DNA of 62,970 bases, filler included, from Asterionella formosa (lineage: Eukaryota), in assembly GCA_002256025.1 (NCBI GenBank). It is 6 parts of 6 records of this genome, joined end to end, with 100 filler letters (N's around TTAATTAATTAA, not from the genome) between each part and the next. Parts side by side here need not be neighbours in the genome. Positions count along the whole stretch, not along the records: positions 35,197 to 62,970 come from NKIB01001406.1; 5 more parts are not named here. One strand, 5' to 3'. Every line of letters begins with the position of its first letter. Position 1 is the stretch's first letter. The translations under genes and the position numbers were made by a program. Positions 47,501 through 59,852 of the stretch are shown piece after piece. The notes below the pieces were generated by a model. The model saw nothing but the letters and a program-made list of their open reading frames with translations. It had not been told where the DNA came from and made no database searches.

Positions 47501-48051
47501 CATTGCCCGCCAACTTCCCTGTTGGTTGGGACATGTCTGGTGGTTTCACCCTCAATTCTGATGATGACGTGAACCAACTGCTAAATCTTACCACATCTGG
47601 TATTCAAAATAAGGTCAGTCGAACGTTGAAACGGATTGGCTTTCTTCATGTGGAGGAACATGTAATTTCTACTGAAGAGCTTGTCAAGAATCATGGCGTG
47701 AAACTACTGGGAACTCCCGTGGATGTGTTGTCCATTGATATTGCCGATCCTGTTCGCAAGATTGGAGTGGAAGTGGATGGTCCTGGTCATTTCATTCATG
47801 TCTTGGATACGTGGTCGCCTCAAGAGCCTGCGTTGGGATTTGCACGAATATTGAATGGAAGACTCGAATATCAGTTCTTATGGGATGATCGTATGGACAT
47901 GAATGGTTCAACAGCATTAAAGCAACGTTTGTTAGCAAAACTTGGATGGCATATTAAACACTTGCCATTTTGGAAGTGGCATGCCCTTCAAGGCAATCAC
48001 CAAAAGGAGGAAGAGTACTGTGAAAAGTTAATGAATGAAGCCAGCGAATGA
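44548..48051 (+). CDS. OPR/HPR-like helical-repeat protein with C-terminal RAP domain; probably organelle (plastid) targeted
   Basis: More than ten F(K/S)PQE(L/I)SN..WA.A repeats. RAP motif SIDIA...GVEVDGPGHF...NGSTALKQRLL..LGW....PFWKW. Hydrophobic segment ending STFA-F near the N-terminus. First ATG at 44548, alternative at ~44665. Confidence 0.9.
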   Translation: MVYSKTTRIQWKGVTLCRLKRRQRIQFSNGQIIEVVLLVMMLCLRIQSTFAFVGTITGSTQRRQQQPQVLFVCHNRGCRRTELSLLQAVSTNNDGGSSSGDKTDIVVAVAAVKNLRKQQSTLKITNTNNNRQQHEESVQKKKSISKYPPEFLQLNTEITTCCETAQDTLNLLASRKNALTGLAGGGAVNTVNFSTAIHRMSRAMAYNVDDRKATLSNPKYALFICAISEAFAGMDYTQPLSSMANGRPLIKGPNTLKFGSREISNMVWALAKVKIVPPQSALPVDLTEQVLDDLVAISFKLRTQVLESVQTRQSNNWIPTLSLLSAKLMDAVSYQLLAHPLSANNNSDQQNQEIANLLWALSTSKRATEPVFASILKSFKKSLDRKAPKPQEFSNSIWAIATSEIYAKGHEIVIERCADLLDGDEKCVKMFKPQELSNIAWGLATMISNKRQDSKLSSTLSTSSPSSEDSVALRILRHVARQLIVRADDFKSQELSNSLWAFGTLGFGVTQTEAAIKMTMNDYVFLKSDDVEGDKDLMARAVDAVAKSSLPRLEKFREMELNNLAYALARLERKEYPELLKGIANQFGHHWRQKFDGQDIGTTMWAFATLEYFDADSFRMIASKIRLDRINKYRPQELSNMVWAAATASVVPKYLDAFDTSLVSKRPSFASIQDDSITVMFAVAAKELMNRPEIFKTQEIKDTLWAFSKIGLRHPILFKSVAEHLVGLGEVPVGQLHCGRGMQDFSPQGMGNLLWSYAKQAQLSEGANPDINGRLAIYCRISVDVGEMLIKRLTNCAADTSLQHHDGLSKFKTNDISNMVWATATLGIRHGRFFDTVANQVMERAQDFLSGRRNGITTFTGQELTNIIWACASVNFKKPMLLDAISKYAVKQSTDKYNNFNAKTIALYFKRQELANLAWACAVMGHYPKDLLRLCYRGLFGEGEEQDPTYMTKVHGDEGLQSHAIMSMLYVQMAMDIDTSMNELSLPANFPVGWDMSGGFTLNSDDDVNQLLNLTTSGIQNKVSRTLKRIGFLHVEEHVISTEELVKNHGVKLLGTPVDVLSIDIADPVRKIGVEVDGPGHFIHVLDTWSPQEPALGFARILNGRLEYQFLWDDRMDMNGSTALKQRLLAKLGWHIKHLPFWKWHALQGNHQKEEEYCEKLMNEASE

Positions 48052-48324
48052 TTGTGTTTCTTATATGCTTGCTTACACAGGCTAAATTAGAAATGATGGA
48101 CAAAACATGGCTTACATCTACTATGCCTAGGAAGCAATTGATCTTTGTTTTTGCTTATTATTCACAAATTATTCTTATACCTCTCTCTTTTTCAGAGTTT
48201 GACTTTCTAATCATGTCGTCATATTCGTTGCTTTAGAAAAGCATAGAACATGGCTGCGACGGAGATATAGTTTTGGAATCATATACCTGTAGTGGTTCTC
48301 GCGATCAAGTTTGCTTGCTCCGGT

Positions 48325-49472
48325 TCAAACCGCATCCTCCAAAATTTGTTCTTCATCTGTTTTTCTCAAAAGGCTCATGGCCAATTGTAAGGAAATGCCT
48401 GTCAAAATGCCCAATTTTTGCTTATGTGGTACTGTGGGCATCCATACCCACACCAACATTAAGAATCCCACAAAGAATCCTAAAAGAAATCCCCATAAAA
48501 AGTCTCGATCTGTTCCCACAGCTGATCTAAACATGGCTGGATCGGGCCATTGTAGATTGTTTTGATTTAAATTAAGACGAAATTCCGACGATGGGCCTTG
48601 AGTTTGCATCCATGCATCTTCTTGGAGGAGACGACGACGGACCAAATCTGGTTCTTCCGAATGTATGTTTGGGTTGGTAAGTAAGTATCGATCAACGTGA
48701 CGGGAAAAGTAGGTCCGAATGGCAGTAATTTCATGTCGTGAAAGTCCGGACTATGATGTATGAAGATATCATACATATTGTAAATACGTATATATATAGT
48801 TAGGATATAGTGATGAAAGAGATTGAAACATGTGGTAGTTGAAAACTGCAAGCAAACATGTCCACACAACTTACACTTCTCAATCGATCAAATCCAATTC
48901 GTTCTCTTCCTTCTTCTTCATCTGTTTCCTCTTCAGCGTCCTCATTCCCTGAGGGGCGTTCAATCCTTCCTTGAGCATTGACCCCAGTCCCACGGAACCG
49001 CTGAGTCGTTCCTCGTGCCAACGCCGCTTGTTGACCTCCTCTGAACAAACATACATGGTGAGATTGTATAGATGCAAGTAGTCATTTCGATGCAATTAGT
49101 AAACCATCCTCAGTTTGCATGAAAAATCCATAATCCCCATGTAAACATGACATACCTGACCCCCTGAGCTGCCAATACAGCATGCAATACATCTCCACTA
49201 GCAAGACTAAATCCTTCCAAAGTGGCTGTATCTGGTGCCAACATTCGTCCTTTACAAATCAATCGTAAATATCGTCCTTGAGCATTTTCTCCAAGTGTTT
49301 CCAAAATTGCCTGTTTGGCCATTTTAATGGATGCGGTCCGAGCCAATGAAATTTCGCTGTCCTTGAAGGTGGATGCCTTGACGCGAAGGGTCATCATCGT
49401 CGTGTCATTGTTGTCCGTAGCAGTAGCAGTAGTAGCAGTACTCATGAGTGTGATATCTTGAGAGTTAATCAT
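48325..49472 (-). CDS. DSC3/TMUB-like protein (N-terminal ubiquitin-like domain, DUF2407-like C-terminus); exons 49472-49156, 49040-48875, 48750-48325
   Basis: Exons total 909 nt (302 aa) with GT-AG introns. UBL RYLRLICKGRML...DVLHAV; GFDRLRSSGLS..EI..IR..F; GTDRDFLWGFLLGFFVG...QKLGILTG. Confidence 0.85.
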
Positions 49473-51590
49473 TTGATAAAATTGTAGAATGGAATGGAAT
49501 CGGAACTGTCAACGATGAATAAATAATCTGGGAAGGTGCAGCGGGGAAATTCAGAAGGAAGAGCGGACTCTACCGGTAGACTACTCGTTGATTAATACAG
49601 CGCCAGAAAGCAATCTATGTATAGACCCGAACCGAATGGAGTGACGAGGAATGAACAAATGGAATGATGATGGAATTACTGAAGAGAAAGGAGCCGCCGT
49701 CCCGTCGTGTGAATGAATTATTATTCCTTAGGCCCTTAGTATATATGTTACGGCTAATACCTTCTGTGCATAATCGAACAACGATGCTTCCTAGAATACC
49801 GGTATTTCATTACCGGGAATAGCAATACAAACTGTATCATATCTCATCCCGGTAGCATCATAGACGAAGCAAAATCATGCTGTTTCTAGCTTTTACCATG
49901 CATGTCCTCCACTACTGATATTGCAGCCATGCATAAATGTATTGCAGCACTTCCCATGATATTCCCATGCGGCCCAGTTCCATCACATGCAGTCTACATA
50001 GGGTATGAAACCGTACTCTAGACTCTAGATTACTTGTAAACTGCAAAAACAACATGTTGCATGTCATTGGGACCAGCAGAGAGCAAATGGTGGTGGTACT
50101 GACAGTAAATTCATAATGTATGTTGTTCATCATATTGCAGCCAGTATGCACTTTCTTCTAGCCAATCAGCTAACTCTGCTGTGTGTTTTGTTAATCTGTA
50201 CAGAAGCAATGACACTGCATTTTTGTTTTGAACGATTGGTTGATTGTCTGATGTTGGTTGCACTGCTGCAACGATTACATGTCCCATCAAAGCAATCATT
50301 GTTTACTCCTGTTGTGCAATTTTTGCAATTTGGCTTTCATTTTTTTCTTGTCTTTTTCTGTAGCGAATAATGAAGCTCAGAAATATTTTGATGCAGAAGT
50401 GGTAAATTGCTCTGGTGTGTTGTTCCTTTTGTACTGGTGATGGCAAGCAATATTGGGTCAATGATTCTTCTTGTTGCTGGTGGCTCTACAGCATTTTTTG
50501 GAGTACTACACTAACAGGGACAACGGTATGACTTTCGTTCTGCTCATTTCATCATGGATAATACAATTTTTCAGAAGGTCTTTTTCTAATAAAAAATTGG
50601 TAAGTAATGTTTGAAGAAGTCAGGCTCAGAAATTTCAAAGGTCATCATGGTGTTGGTTGCTGCAATTGTTTGGTTAATTGCCATTTGGTGATGTCACATC
50701 CATCGTTCTTGCCCTTCCTTCTTGTGGAAATAAGAGAAGTTTGAGTGGTAGAGATGCAGAGCCTGAGGCTCCTTCTTGTTTACTTATGAACCCCTAAACA
50801 ATAAATCTGTAGCAGGAGGAATCATTGCTTGTGATGATGGAAAATGTTGACGGACAGATTGTCATTCCTTCGATAGTTAGCAGGTTTTTTCTGGAGAGTC
50901 AACAGCATCACACTAGGCATTCTTGGAAGATGGTATTGTCATCATTAAATCTATATCTAGGTACCTTTATTATATCTACCAACTGAACAGTTATGAATTT
51001 CATTGACCTGATTTTTCTTAATTTTTTTGTTTGCCTTGTAAATGATCACCTTGCTACCTGAACAATTCACATTTATAGTAAATTTGGACACCATGCTCAA
51101 TATCAAAGCGTGGAGGTAGAGTGTAGCAGTAGCATTTTGTTAGAACACCACTAAAAGGACCCTTTTTGCTCGTAACAATATCCATTTTGTCCACCATTGT
51201 GAAGGTATGATTGATGCTGATGAATTTTAGTGTAAAGGTGTTTTGCATATAGGCTAATGAAAAATGCTTTAAAAATTAATTTTAAAAAAAGTGTTGCCTC
51301 TATATGAAAAGGATCATGTTTTCAATACTATACACCAGCAGTGTGGCTGGTGCTTACTTTCGAAATGATGAAATTAACTGGGAACCACCTTGAATATAAA
51401 TGAAACATGGCTGACTCACATGAACTGACACGTCCAGGAACCAATACAAGTTAATGTCATTTTTGAGAAAGTGAAAATTGTATGGTTGGCTATTAATGAG
51501 GGGTGGTTTTCTCTTATTAGCGTGATGGAGTCGTAGGAAAGAAATTTATATATTTAGAAATAAAATATTTTGTTTGGTTTGGTAAAGACA

Positions 51591-51929
51591 AGGGAATGGC
51601 TTAGTGGTTTAGCACGTTGCCTTTGATCTGAGGTTGTGACGTTCTATTTCAGAAAGAATTGAAAGCAATTGTTGGGTTCAACTCCCACAATCCTTACCTT
51701 CCGCCCGCATGGCTGGTCTTAGCTGGTGTGCAAAAAATAGTGGGTAGCCCCCCCCCTACAAGCAGCTTGTGCCGCCTTCCTAGGCGATCATCTTTCGCGA
51801 AAGGTGGCTGGGGACTCACCTAGTAGGCTAACAAAATTAGGGAAGCACAGTCCAGGTCTTGTTGGCAGGTAGCACAATGAAATACTTGCCTAGAAATAGG
51901 GGAGTATGAATGGGCTATAGAACATGCTA
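51591..51929 (+). mobile_element. tRNA-derived SINE-like element, near full-length copy
   Basis: GGGAATGGCTTAGTGGTTTAGCACGTTGCCTTTGATCTGAGGTTGTG...GGGGAGTATGAATGGGCTATAGAACAT is collinear with 10147-10505, with an internal deletion of roughly 35 bp. No clean TSD. Confidence 0.85.
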
Positions 51930-52530
51930 TCCTGCTATTATAGTTTTGTTTAGTAATGTTTGCGATGCTATTGCCCTGGAATTCGAATCCTACTCACCAT
52001 AATGAGAAAAGCTCCATGCGGAATATTGTTCAGCCAAGAGTAAGTTCAGGTACATGACCATTAGTAGTACCTGGTAATCCACCAGGGGACCAAGGAAACA
52101 AGGCTATATTTCTCATTTACACGGATCATCCCCACCACATTCATATTGCAAAACAAGTCATGCATCTGTAGGCGCCTTCCTCCTGCCTGAGCGAATCTTC
52201 CATGGCTGTTGCTTTGACAAAACGAGAGGAGTGGTGCCATCTCCACATGCAACCTTTGTTATGAATGAGGAGACGAAGAAAGTGGACAGTGCTTAATGAT
52301 GAACTTTTAAAGAATTTCCAATTTGGACAATTTACAATGGAAACTTCAGGCCTCCACTTGGTATCAAAGCACGAGGATACAAGCCTCCTGGTGCCACTAG
52401 CTAGTTGTTATATGTATGACGCACACAAGTGCCATAAGAAGAGTTAGCTAGCAGACAAGATATAGTTATTACCTGCTTGCTGGTACTAGTCTCATTGCTC
52501 CTCTGTGCGTATTCATATTCCGAGGCTCCT

Positions 52531-52694
52531 GGAAGGTCCAGTAGCACACATTTTGTGTGCACCTTTTCAGTTTTGACCCACTTTGGAATGGAAAGTCAAC
52601 CTACTGGTATCTAGTCCAGTGGGCATGGGATAAGTCATTGGGAGTGAGTCAAAACTGAATCGGTGCACAAAAAACGTGCGCAACTGGGGCTTCC
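52531..52694. mobile_element. Fold-back MITE-like element (164 bp, ~52-bp imperfect TIRs)
   Basis: GGAAGGTCCAGTAGCACACATTTTGTGTGCACCTTTTCAGTTTTGACCCACT mirrors AGTGAGTCAAAACTGAATCGGTGCACAAAAAACGTGCGCAACTGGGGCTTCC. Confidence 0.75.
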
Positions 52695-53301
52695 TGCTAC
52701 TTGCTGCGACGTACAGTATGTATAAATGGCTGTGTTTCTTATTTGAAAAGGACGAGCATGAATTCCGGCGTGAGCGATCTATGTTGACATGCTATTATGC
52801 ATACTAGTAGGGTATTACCGGTAGCCAGCTATCCCGATTGTTCCTACATAAATCTGTTGTAAACGAGAAATTTAGCAAATTTTTTCCTTTGAGTTAGAAT
52901 CGTCTTATATATACGACATCTTCTTTTTTGGACGACAGTGGTATATTTATATCATATCTGTATCGTATCTAACGGTACATACGTAAAAAATCAAGACGAA
53001 TCATTCAGGATGCAGTACCAGGTACCTGGTACCTGCTATTGTCATACGGTAGTACCGGTAGCAGCGGTTTGCTTACGACTGCTCTGTACCGGCTTATGTG
53101 TGGACCGGGGGACATCGTATTCAACATACCAGGAAATAGTACCTGGTACCATTTTTTTCACCTGGTGCTACCAGTACTGGTCGTACGACCAGTTCCACTC
53201 GGCACGTCAGTGGAAATTTGGTTGGCTCTGCGGACAGCCAAATCCCCGCCATTCATCCCTGCAGTTGAACCCATAATTCATCAAAGAACAATCAATCAAC
53301 A

Positions 53302-53829
53302 ATGAAGCTCATCACTCTCCTCTCCGCTCTTTTGGTTGCCTCCAGCAGCGCTTTCGCCCCTAATGGAAAACCTGCCTTTAGCAGAACGACTCTGTTCATG
53401 GCGGATAAAAAGACGGGAGTTGTCAAGTGGTACGTTCGTTGTTCCAGGGGTGAATTGTTGCCCTTGTTGGTCAGTCTATGAAAAATAACGACCACATTGG
53501 TACCAGCAACACGTCAGTCAGTCGACCCGTGTAGGGTGCAATATTCATGAACTCACTTTCCTTCGCTCTACTCTTTCTATTTTACTAGGTTCAACACCAT
53601 GAAGGGATTTGGATTCATTGTCCCAGATGATGGTTCGAAAGATGTCTTTGTTCATCAAACTGCCATTCAAGCGGAAGGGTTCCGCTCTTTGGCAGACGGT
53701 GAAACGGTGGAATTTATGACGGAAGAAGATGATGGTGGTCGTATCAAGGCAACCTCTGTGACTGGACCTGGAGGCGTCAATGTCCAAGGTGCCCCCTTTA
53801 GCCCAGGAAATGATTATGATGGATATTAG
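53302..53829 (+). CDS. Cold-shock domain protein with bipartite plastid presequence; exons 53302-53429 and 53589-53829 (122 aa)
   Basis: [20 protein letters not shown]..., then [16 protein letters not shown] (RNP1) and DVFVH (RNP2). The GTACGT..TAG intron splits the Trp codon in frame. Confidence 0.93.
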
Positions 53830-55450
53830 TCACTGTGTTATACATTTTAGTATTATTGGACCCAAAAAACAGCAAGAACACTTGAATACAAACATTGAAA
53901 AACTAAGAAAGTACCCCAAGGATCATCCATCATTACACACTCACCCACCCAGCACGAGAACAACCAAGCATTATTAATGAATCATTGCTACTTTACTTAT
54001 GTACAGTTTTTAGTCTTGTACGTTTTACAAATATTTCCTTGGAGTTCGATAGACATTGACCTTGCCAGGTGCTTCAGAACGACCGACAGGAGTATGATAC
54101 TGCTCTCTTCCTAGTTTGTGTTTCATACTGCAGCACAATTCACGGTTTCTCACAGTCCGAAAAACTAAGAAAAGCAATGCGCCGCTATAGCTGTCAAATG
54201 ATCATTAAAAATAAACACATCACGCTCGTTATTACTGGTCATACTTGTTAAGTACAATAATTATGACTGTTTCTACCGATTGCCATCATACACACCAGAG
54301 TACCAGGTGCTGATGAATGCCAAGCATCAGTATGCTCATCGAGATATGCATTACCGGGTACTATCTGTGTATACCATAGATCACATGTATTGTCTGACCT
54401 AATACATACTACAAATGATGGCAATACTAGAATCCCACCCCCAAGTTAAATGATATCATGAAAATGCATATCATACATGAATGGGATCAGGATCATCAAG
54501 ATGATGTGCTCGAATTGGAAACTTGGTGCCTGATGCTGGCTGGTAAGTAACCCTCGATAAAGTGGTATGTACGCACTGCCGCCATTAACAAGCACATGAG
54601 GACTACCCGGTATTTTTGGATGACCCATAATAATTTTTTTAATAGATATTATTTTCTTTTTTATGTTCCAGTACCCCAGATACTCCTAACAGTTTATGTA
54701 CATCATATTAGCCATTATGTATTCATTGATCACATGTCGGAGTAAGTGCGACAGTGCGGGAGGTAGGGATACCAAACAGGACAATGTTAAATAGTAGTTT
54801 CGTCTGTGCGAATGCATTACTAGTAGATCCAAGTAAATATCTTAAGTTCTTAATAAGGTTGGCTGGGAGATGAAGGGAATACTTTACAATTGCTTCTTCT
54901 ACCTCAAAAGAAACTACCGGTATGTCCCATCATGTTTTATAGACTAGAATATGCAACTGGTAGACTTCTGTATAAACATTTGACTTTGGCATAAATAGCT
55001 TAGTTGTGATCGAGAATAAATCAAAACACTATGATACATAGATAGATAGTCCTCCGCATGCCGTGAGCGGTGATCCTTGATCAATTAATTGAATGTACAT
55101 GCATGACTAAACGGATTCCTTGTTCTTACTGTGAACTTGTTCCAGGGATACGGGATGGGAACACAACTGATTATTGCTGCTCCTCCTACAGTGATACCAA
55201 AGCATTGTATGACGACACATGATGCTCTCATTTGCCATGTTCCAAAATTTTTCTAGATAGATTAAACACACTGGCTAAATTTGTTGCTTGTTTCAATAGC
55301 CCATGCATACTACCGGGATCGCGAAAATCACACAAAGTGGCAGGGAAAGGAGTAGTGCCATCGTGGGCCACACTATCTGGCTATTCAAGACCCCGATTCA
55401 ATGGGCGGCAAGCATTGGTCATCATCGTCCCAACGAATTCGTGGTAACAG

Positions 55451-57356
55451 TCATGGAAACAATTTATCATCCCCGTTTTCACCGTTACCTGCCGACAGCT
55501 TTTCGTTACTCTCGTTTAAGCAAACTGCAGGAATTTTCCCATCACTCTCGTCAAAGTCTAGTTTTGCAGGCACTTTCCCATCACTCTCATCAAAGTCTAC
55601 TGCAGGCATCTTCTTGTCACTCGCATCAAAGTCTACTGCAGGCAACTTCTTGTCACTCTCATCAAAGTCAATAGTGTTTAGTTGCTGGTCACTATCGTCA
55701 AAGTATACTGACGGCAGCTGCTGGTCACTATCATCAAAGAATCCATTTTCTGATCGTGGAGGTTGCGCGGCTGCCAACGCCACTGACGGCGGTGTCATCG
55801 TTGTTAAAGTTGCTGGTTCCATTGTGTAAAATTGATGTTCTTGGTCTGCATCCTCATCTCCAGAAGATGGCGCTGTTTCTACTGTCATGTGCTTAGAGAA
55901 CTCATCTGTTTCATTGCCTTCTGTGATGACAACATCGTCACTTGTGTCAGTATTCCGTGTTGTGTCAGCACTTGTCTCACTCTCCGATGCTTCTTGCATG
56001 GAAAGAGCAATTGCCATGGCGACTTGCTCATCTTCTGTCAATTCATAGAATCCCCTTCCACCAAGGCGACGTTGACTCGAACTCAAATAATGTTGAATCA
56101 ATGGAAATCCATCTCTGGCATGTTGCGTTGCATTGAAAGTGCTGTTTTCTGGCACAGTCTCACCATTACGCGCTCGACGTGCTTCTTCTTCCATGCTCAA
56201 CAAAATGGCAGCCTCTAAAACAACCAAATCGTCCAAGGAATTGACTTGTTCTCCTCCGCCTCGCTCAAAGGACGAAACAATGTCATTCCAATTCCTTGGC
56301 CCACTGGCACTTCGTTCTCCTCTAATCCTGTCACCGCCATGACTTCCCATCCTTGCCACTCGTAACAGTGCCGCCTCCCGGATCCGCCCACTATTAGTTC
56401 GATAATATTCTTGTTCATTTTGTAACCTCCTTTGTTCTGCTTCCGCTTGCATCTGCAGAGCAAGTGGATGGGTATGTTGTGCTCGCATTTCCGTTTCAAT
56501 GGCTCGTCTGTCATCCTCTGTCATGCTGAGTTGTCGAATGAGTATTTCTGGATCCACATCATTCCCAACACTTTGTGATCGAATACGTTTCTCTAGCGTC
56601 GCCCCAAATTGATCTGCATCATGAATGTTTTGTTTCTGAATCTGCATAGCGATCGCTCGCTGCTCGTCAGCTTGCCTTTCTTGTAACTGTTCTGGGTCTA
56701 ACTTGCGGGCCACTGACACAAACAACTTTGGATTATTACAAAATGGACAGGAGCAAAGTTTTTCCTTTTGTGGGCGTACTTGCAAGAAGCATTCTGTGCA
56801 CATGTATGCCTTGCAGCACTGAGTCACATTGATCTGCGAGTATTGGAGAAAGCAAATGGGACATTCGAGATCGTTCATCGATGCGCGTGTGTCGTGACCC
56901 TCAAGGCGAGCTGCCAGTCGCCCATCGCCAATGAGACGACGTACTGCTTTGTCTTCCCATTGGCAGGAGGGGTAAAGGCTGTGACAAAATTGCAATAGAA
57001 TGCGAGAGTTAATACAGATGAATAACGAGCAGCGGGTCATCACCTCATTGTCAATTCCTGTGATTGCAAAACGTTACGATTAACGAAATTATCACTCCAC
57101 GCGTGCTCTGAAGTTGGAGCATGTTGATTGGCCGGTAAACGTTACGGTATATTGTCCCGAAAAGGGGAGTATCGAAGAACAAAATGGTGGATGACTGTTA
57201 TATAAACAGTACAACATTTACACAATGACAAACTCACCCGCTTGGCTGACATCGCTTGTCCAATTCCACCTTGGAAAGACCCAGAGCATACCTCTTCCCA
57301 AAGGTTGTGGGGGGCTTGACTCCGCCAGTTGATTCGTTGGAGAGTTGGTTTCCCAT
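55451..57356 (-). CDS. SIP5/GW2/DA2-like RING protein with UIMs; exons 57356-57238 and 56978-55451 (548 aa)
   Basis: MGNQLS start; GLY..C.W....VRRLI..GRLA; ECPICFL.Y..IN...CC...CTECF...CPFC; UIM-like LEAAILLSMEE and EDEQVAMAIALSMQE. Exons total 1647 nt in frame. Confidence 0.88.
55490..55745 (-). repeat. 36-bp coding tandem repeat (12-aa DFDESDKKLPAV-type units, ~7 copies)
   Basis: Visible at both DNA and protein level at the C-terminus of the RING gene. Confidence 0.85.
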
Positions 57357-59852
57357 GTCAATTCGGTTCAATTCAGGTGACAGGAAACTATTGATGATGG
57401 TGACGCTGCAGTCTGCAACAGCGCTATAGTATCATGCATACAGTTCTGGTTTTGATCCACACGAATGAATGAACACTTTCTGGTTTCTCGCGGAGAAAAG
57501 AACCTTTTTCGTTCTCCTTCTATGAATTCATGCATTTCTGTATTCATTCCCGAATATAAAGAAACTTATAAGAACATAACATCATATGTAGTGAGTATCC
57601 ATGATCTACCACAGTTAGACCTATGAAGACCCAGTACACGATTTACGTAGGAGTGACCCTGCCTTTTGACTCTTTCCTTGTGCGTCTGTGCGTGTCTCGG
57701 TATATTCATACCGGCATTTTGAATTCGTCTTTACATTCATTCAGTTGTATGCACCAATATCTGACACCTCTACTCCAGAGATTGCTGCAATCACGAGAAA
57801 GGAAAACAGGGGTCGATCGAAAATGATTTCTTTCATTTGTCAGCCAATCTTGGCCAGATTTTAGACTTAAGATATTATATATATGGCGAGGATTGGCTGA
57901 AAGATGAAGAAGTTGAAAATCGCGAAGTAACAATAATTTTATTTTTATTTTTTTCGGAGTTTTAGCACAGGTATGTTCCAACGTAGACACAATGAGCGCC
58001 ACAACAGCAAAAACATCTACAAAATCAAGAACAAGACTTTTTTCACAACAAACAACAAGCACAAAGGTACTGGAAGATCTCATTGTTCTGCAAAGAACCA
58101 ACGCAAGGCATAATGATAATCACATGTATGATTTCATTAAAATACATTGTCAGCATAACACTACTCCTTTACATTGTATCTTCGATGGCGATTTGATTAG
58201 AAATCGTACAGGTTCACTAGCGAATATGACATAGAGTCACACCATGGCTGATTCATGAAAAAAAGCGACGAAGCTAGTGAATTCTGTTCCCACTACTATG
58301 CTGTCCCTATTTTTGTATTGACAAACTCAACTTTTTACTGTAACAGTCGCACATAGTCTCCAATGAATCCAAATAGACAGGCCTGTTGCCTTTAAAGGTT
58401 GTTTTTAGATCTGTAGTGGTCTTAAAAGTTATCGCCATGGTCGTTTGAAAGACACAAGCTAGCTTTGTCGTGTTACTTGCCGGAAGATCAAATCAATTTT
58501 GACCAATGATTTTTACGTACTACTCCAAAAAAGTACTATAGGCTTTTATTGACAAGCCTCAAAAAAACTCTGCGAAACTAGCAAAACAAGCTTTTGCTTT
58601 AACAACGACCCCGGAAGACTGGAAAATTTTGACTACGGGCATTGTCGCATGTGTTTAAAATCGTCTGTATGCATGGTGATCACCACTTAGTGATGTAATC
58701 GGTTTTTTGATAATTGTATTCTTCAAAACAGGGAAATGTCATGAAAACACAACAACAACCGGGGCAATACCAACAACCAACAACAACAGCAACAAAACGT
58801 GATGAACATGGTGATGATGTCAATCATGTCATCCATTTTGAAGCACGAGGCACCAGAAAGAACAGATTCTACTGCCAGCTGTGTTGAAACCATTCAGGCA
58901 ATGACGAAATTCATGATAGCTTCAAAAATGATATCAGTGCAGCAACAAATGCAAAATCCAGATCAACTGCAACCTCTGATGATTCCAATGCCACCAACAA
59001 CTGCACCAAGTACCAACAATGCACCCCAATCTTTGTCTGGTTCATCAATAGAATTTCAATCACTAAATGATGTATAGTATGAAAGTAAAATTCAAATCAA
59101 TTAAATCTAGGAGTTAAAATGCATACCTGTTAGCACTTCTATGCAAATAAGGCATGTGACCGACTTTACTTGCCCGAAAATTGTAGAGCAACACAATCAT
59201 TTGCAGGGTTAGTTTTTTTAAAGTTTCTCTTCATAAAGAAAATTATCTTTCATCCTAGGAAAAGACCCCAAAAGGCATTGCATTCACCATTCCGAAAACT
59301 GCCTGACTGAAGTTGCTCAATGGTTTATACCAGTACTATACCAGGCAGCTACCGTCCAGGTAGTATGTAAGGTACCCTGGTACCACCATCTGCAGGTGCA
59401 TATTTTTATGCATCATCACGGACATCCCAGACTTTCTACGACTAATCAGAGTTGATTTTTCAACCAAAAAGGGAGTACAAAATCAACCGTCAATGCAACC
59501 GGGATGATTTTTTCTTTGTTGTACAATGCTGTATTTTCTCGTGATCAAGTACGGAAAAATACCGTCAGGTATTTACCATCCGCAGTAGAACGATACTTGA
59601 GGCCTACAGAAAAATACAACTTGGGTTGATTTTTACAAGTAATACCTGGTACCTGCTGGTACCAGGGGTAGTGAGTATTTCCGAGCAGGATGATACGCAC
59701 ATCAATCCGGACGATGGCTGATCACTTGCTTTTGTTAATTACATTTAGCGCTCCAGCCCTTTATTGTATATATTCCGTTTGTCTACATCCCATCTGTCGG
59801 CAACACTGGTCCCTAGCTTATACTACGTTATTACTTTTACCTTACTAGCAGT

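Noticed and set aside
49900..51400. Short ORFs in an AT-rich stretch
   Set aside because: No coherent frame or motif; probably an old repeat.
51591..51660. Possible tRNA gene (also at 10435-10502 and 5258-5320)
   Set aside because: Anticodon and acceptor stems do not pair, and homology between copies continues ~280 bp downstream. Treated as a SINE head.
58741..59077. Gln/Met-rich ORF
   Set aside because: Low complexity, with a GTG start or broken frame and no domain.
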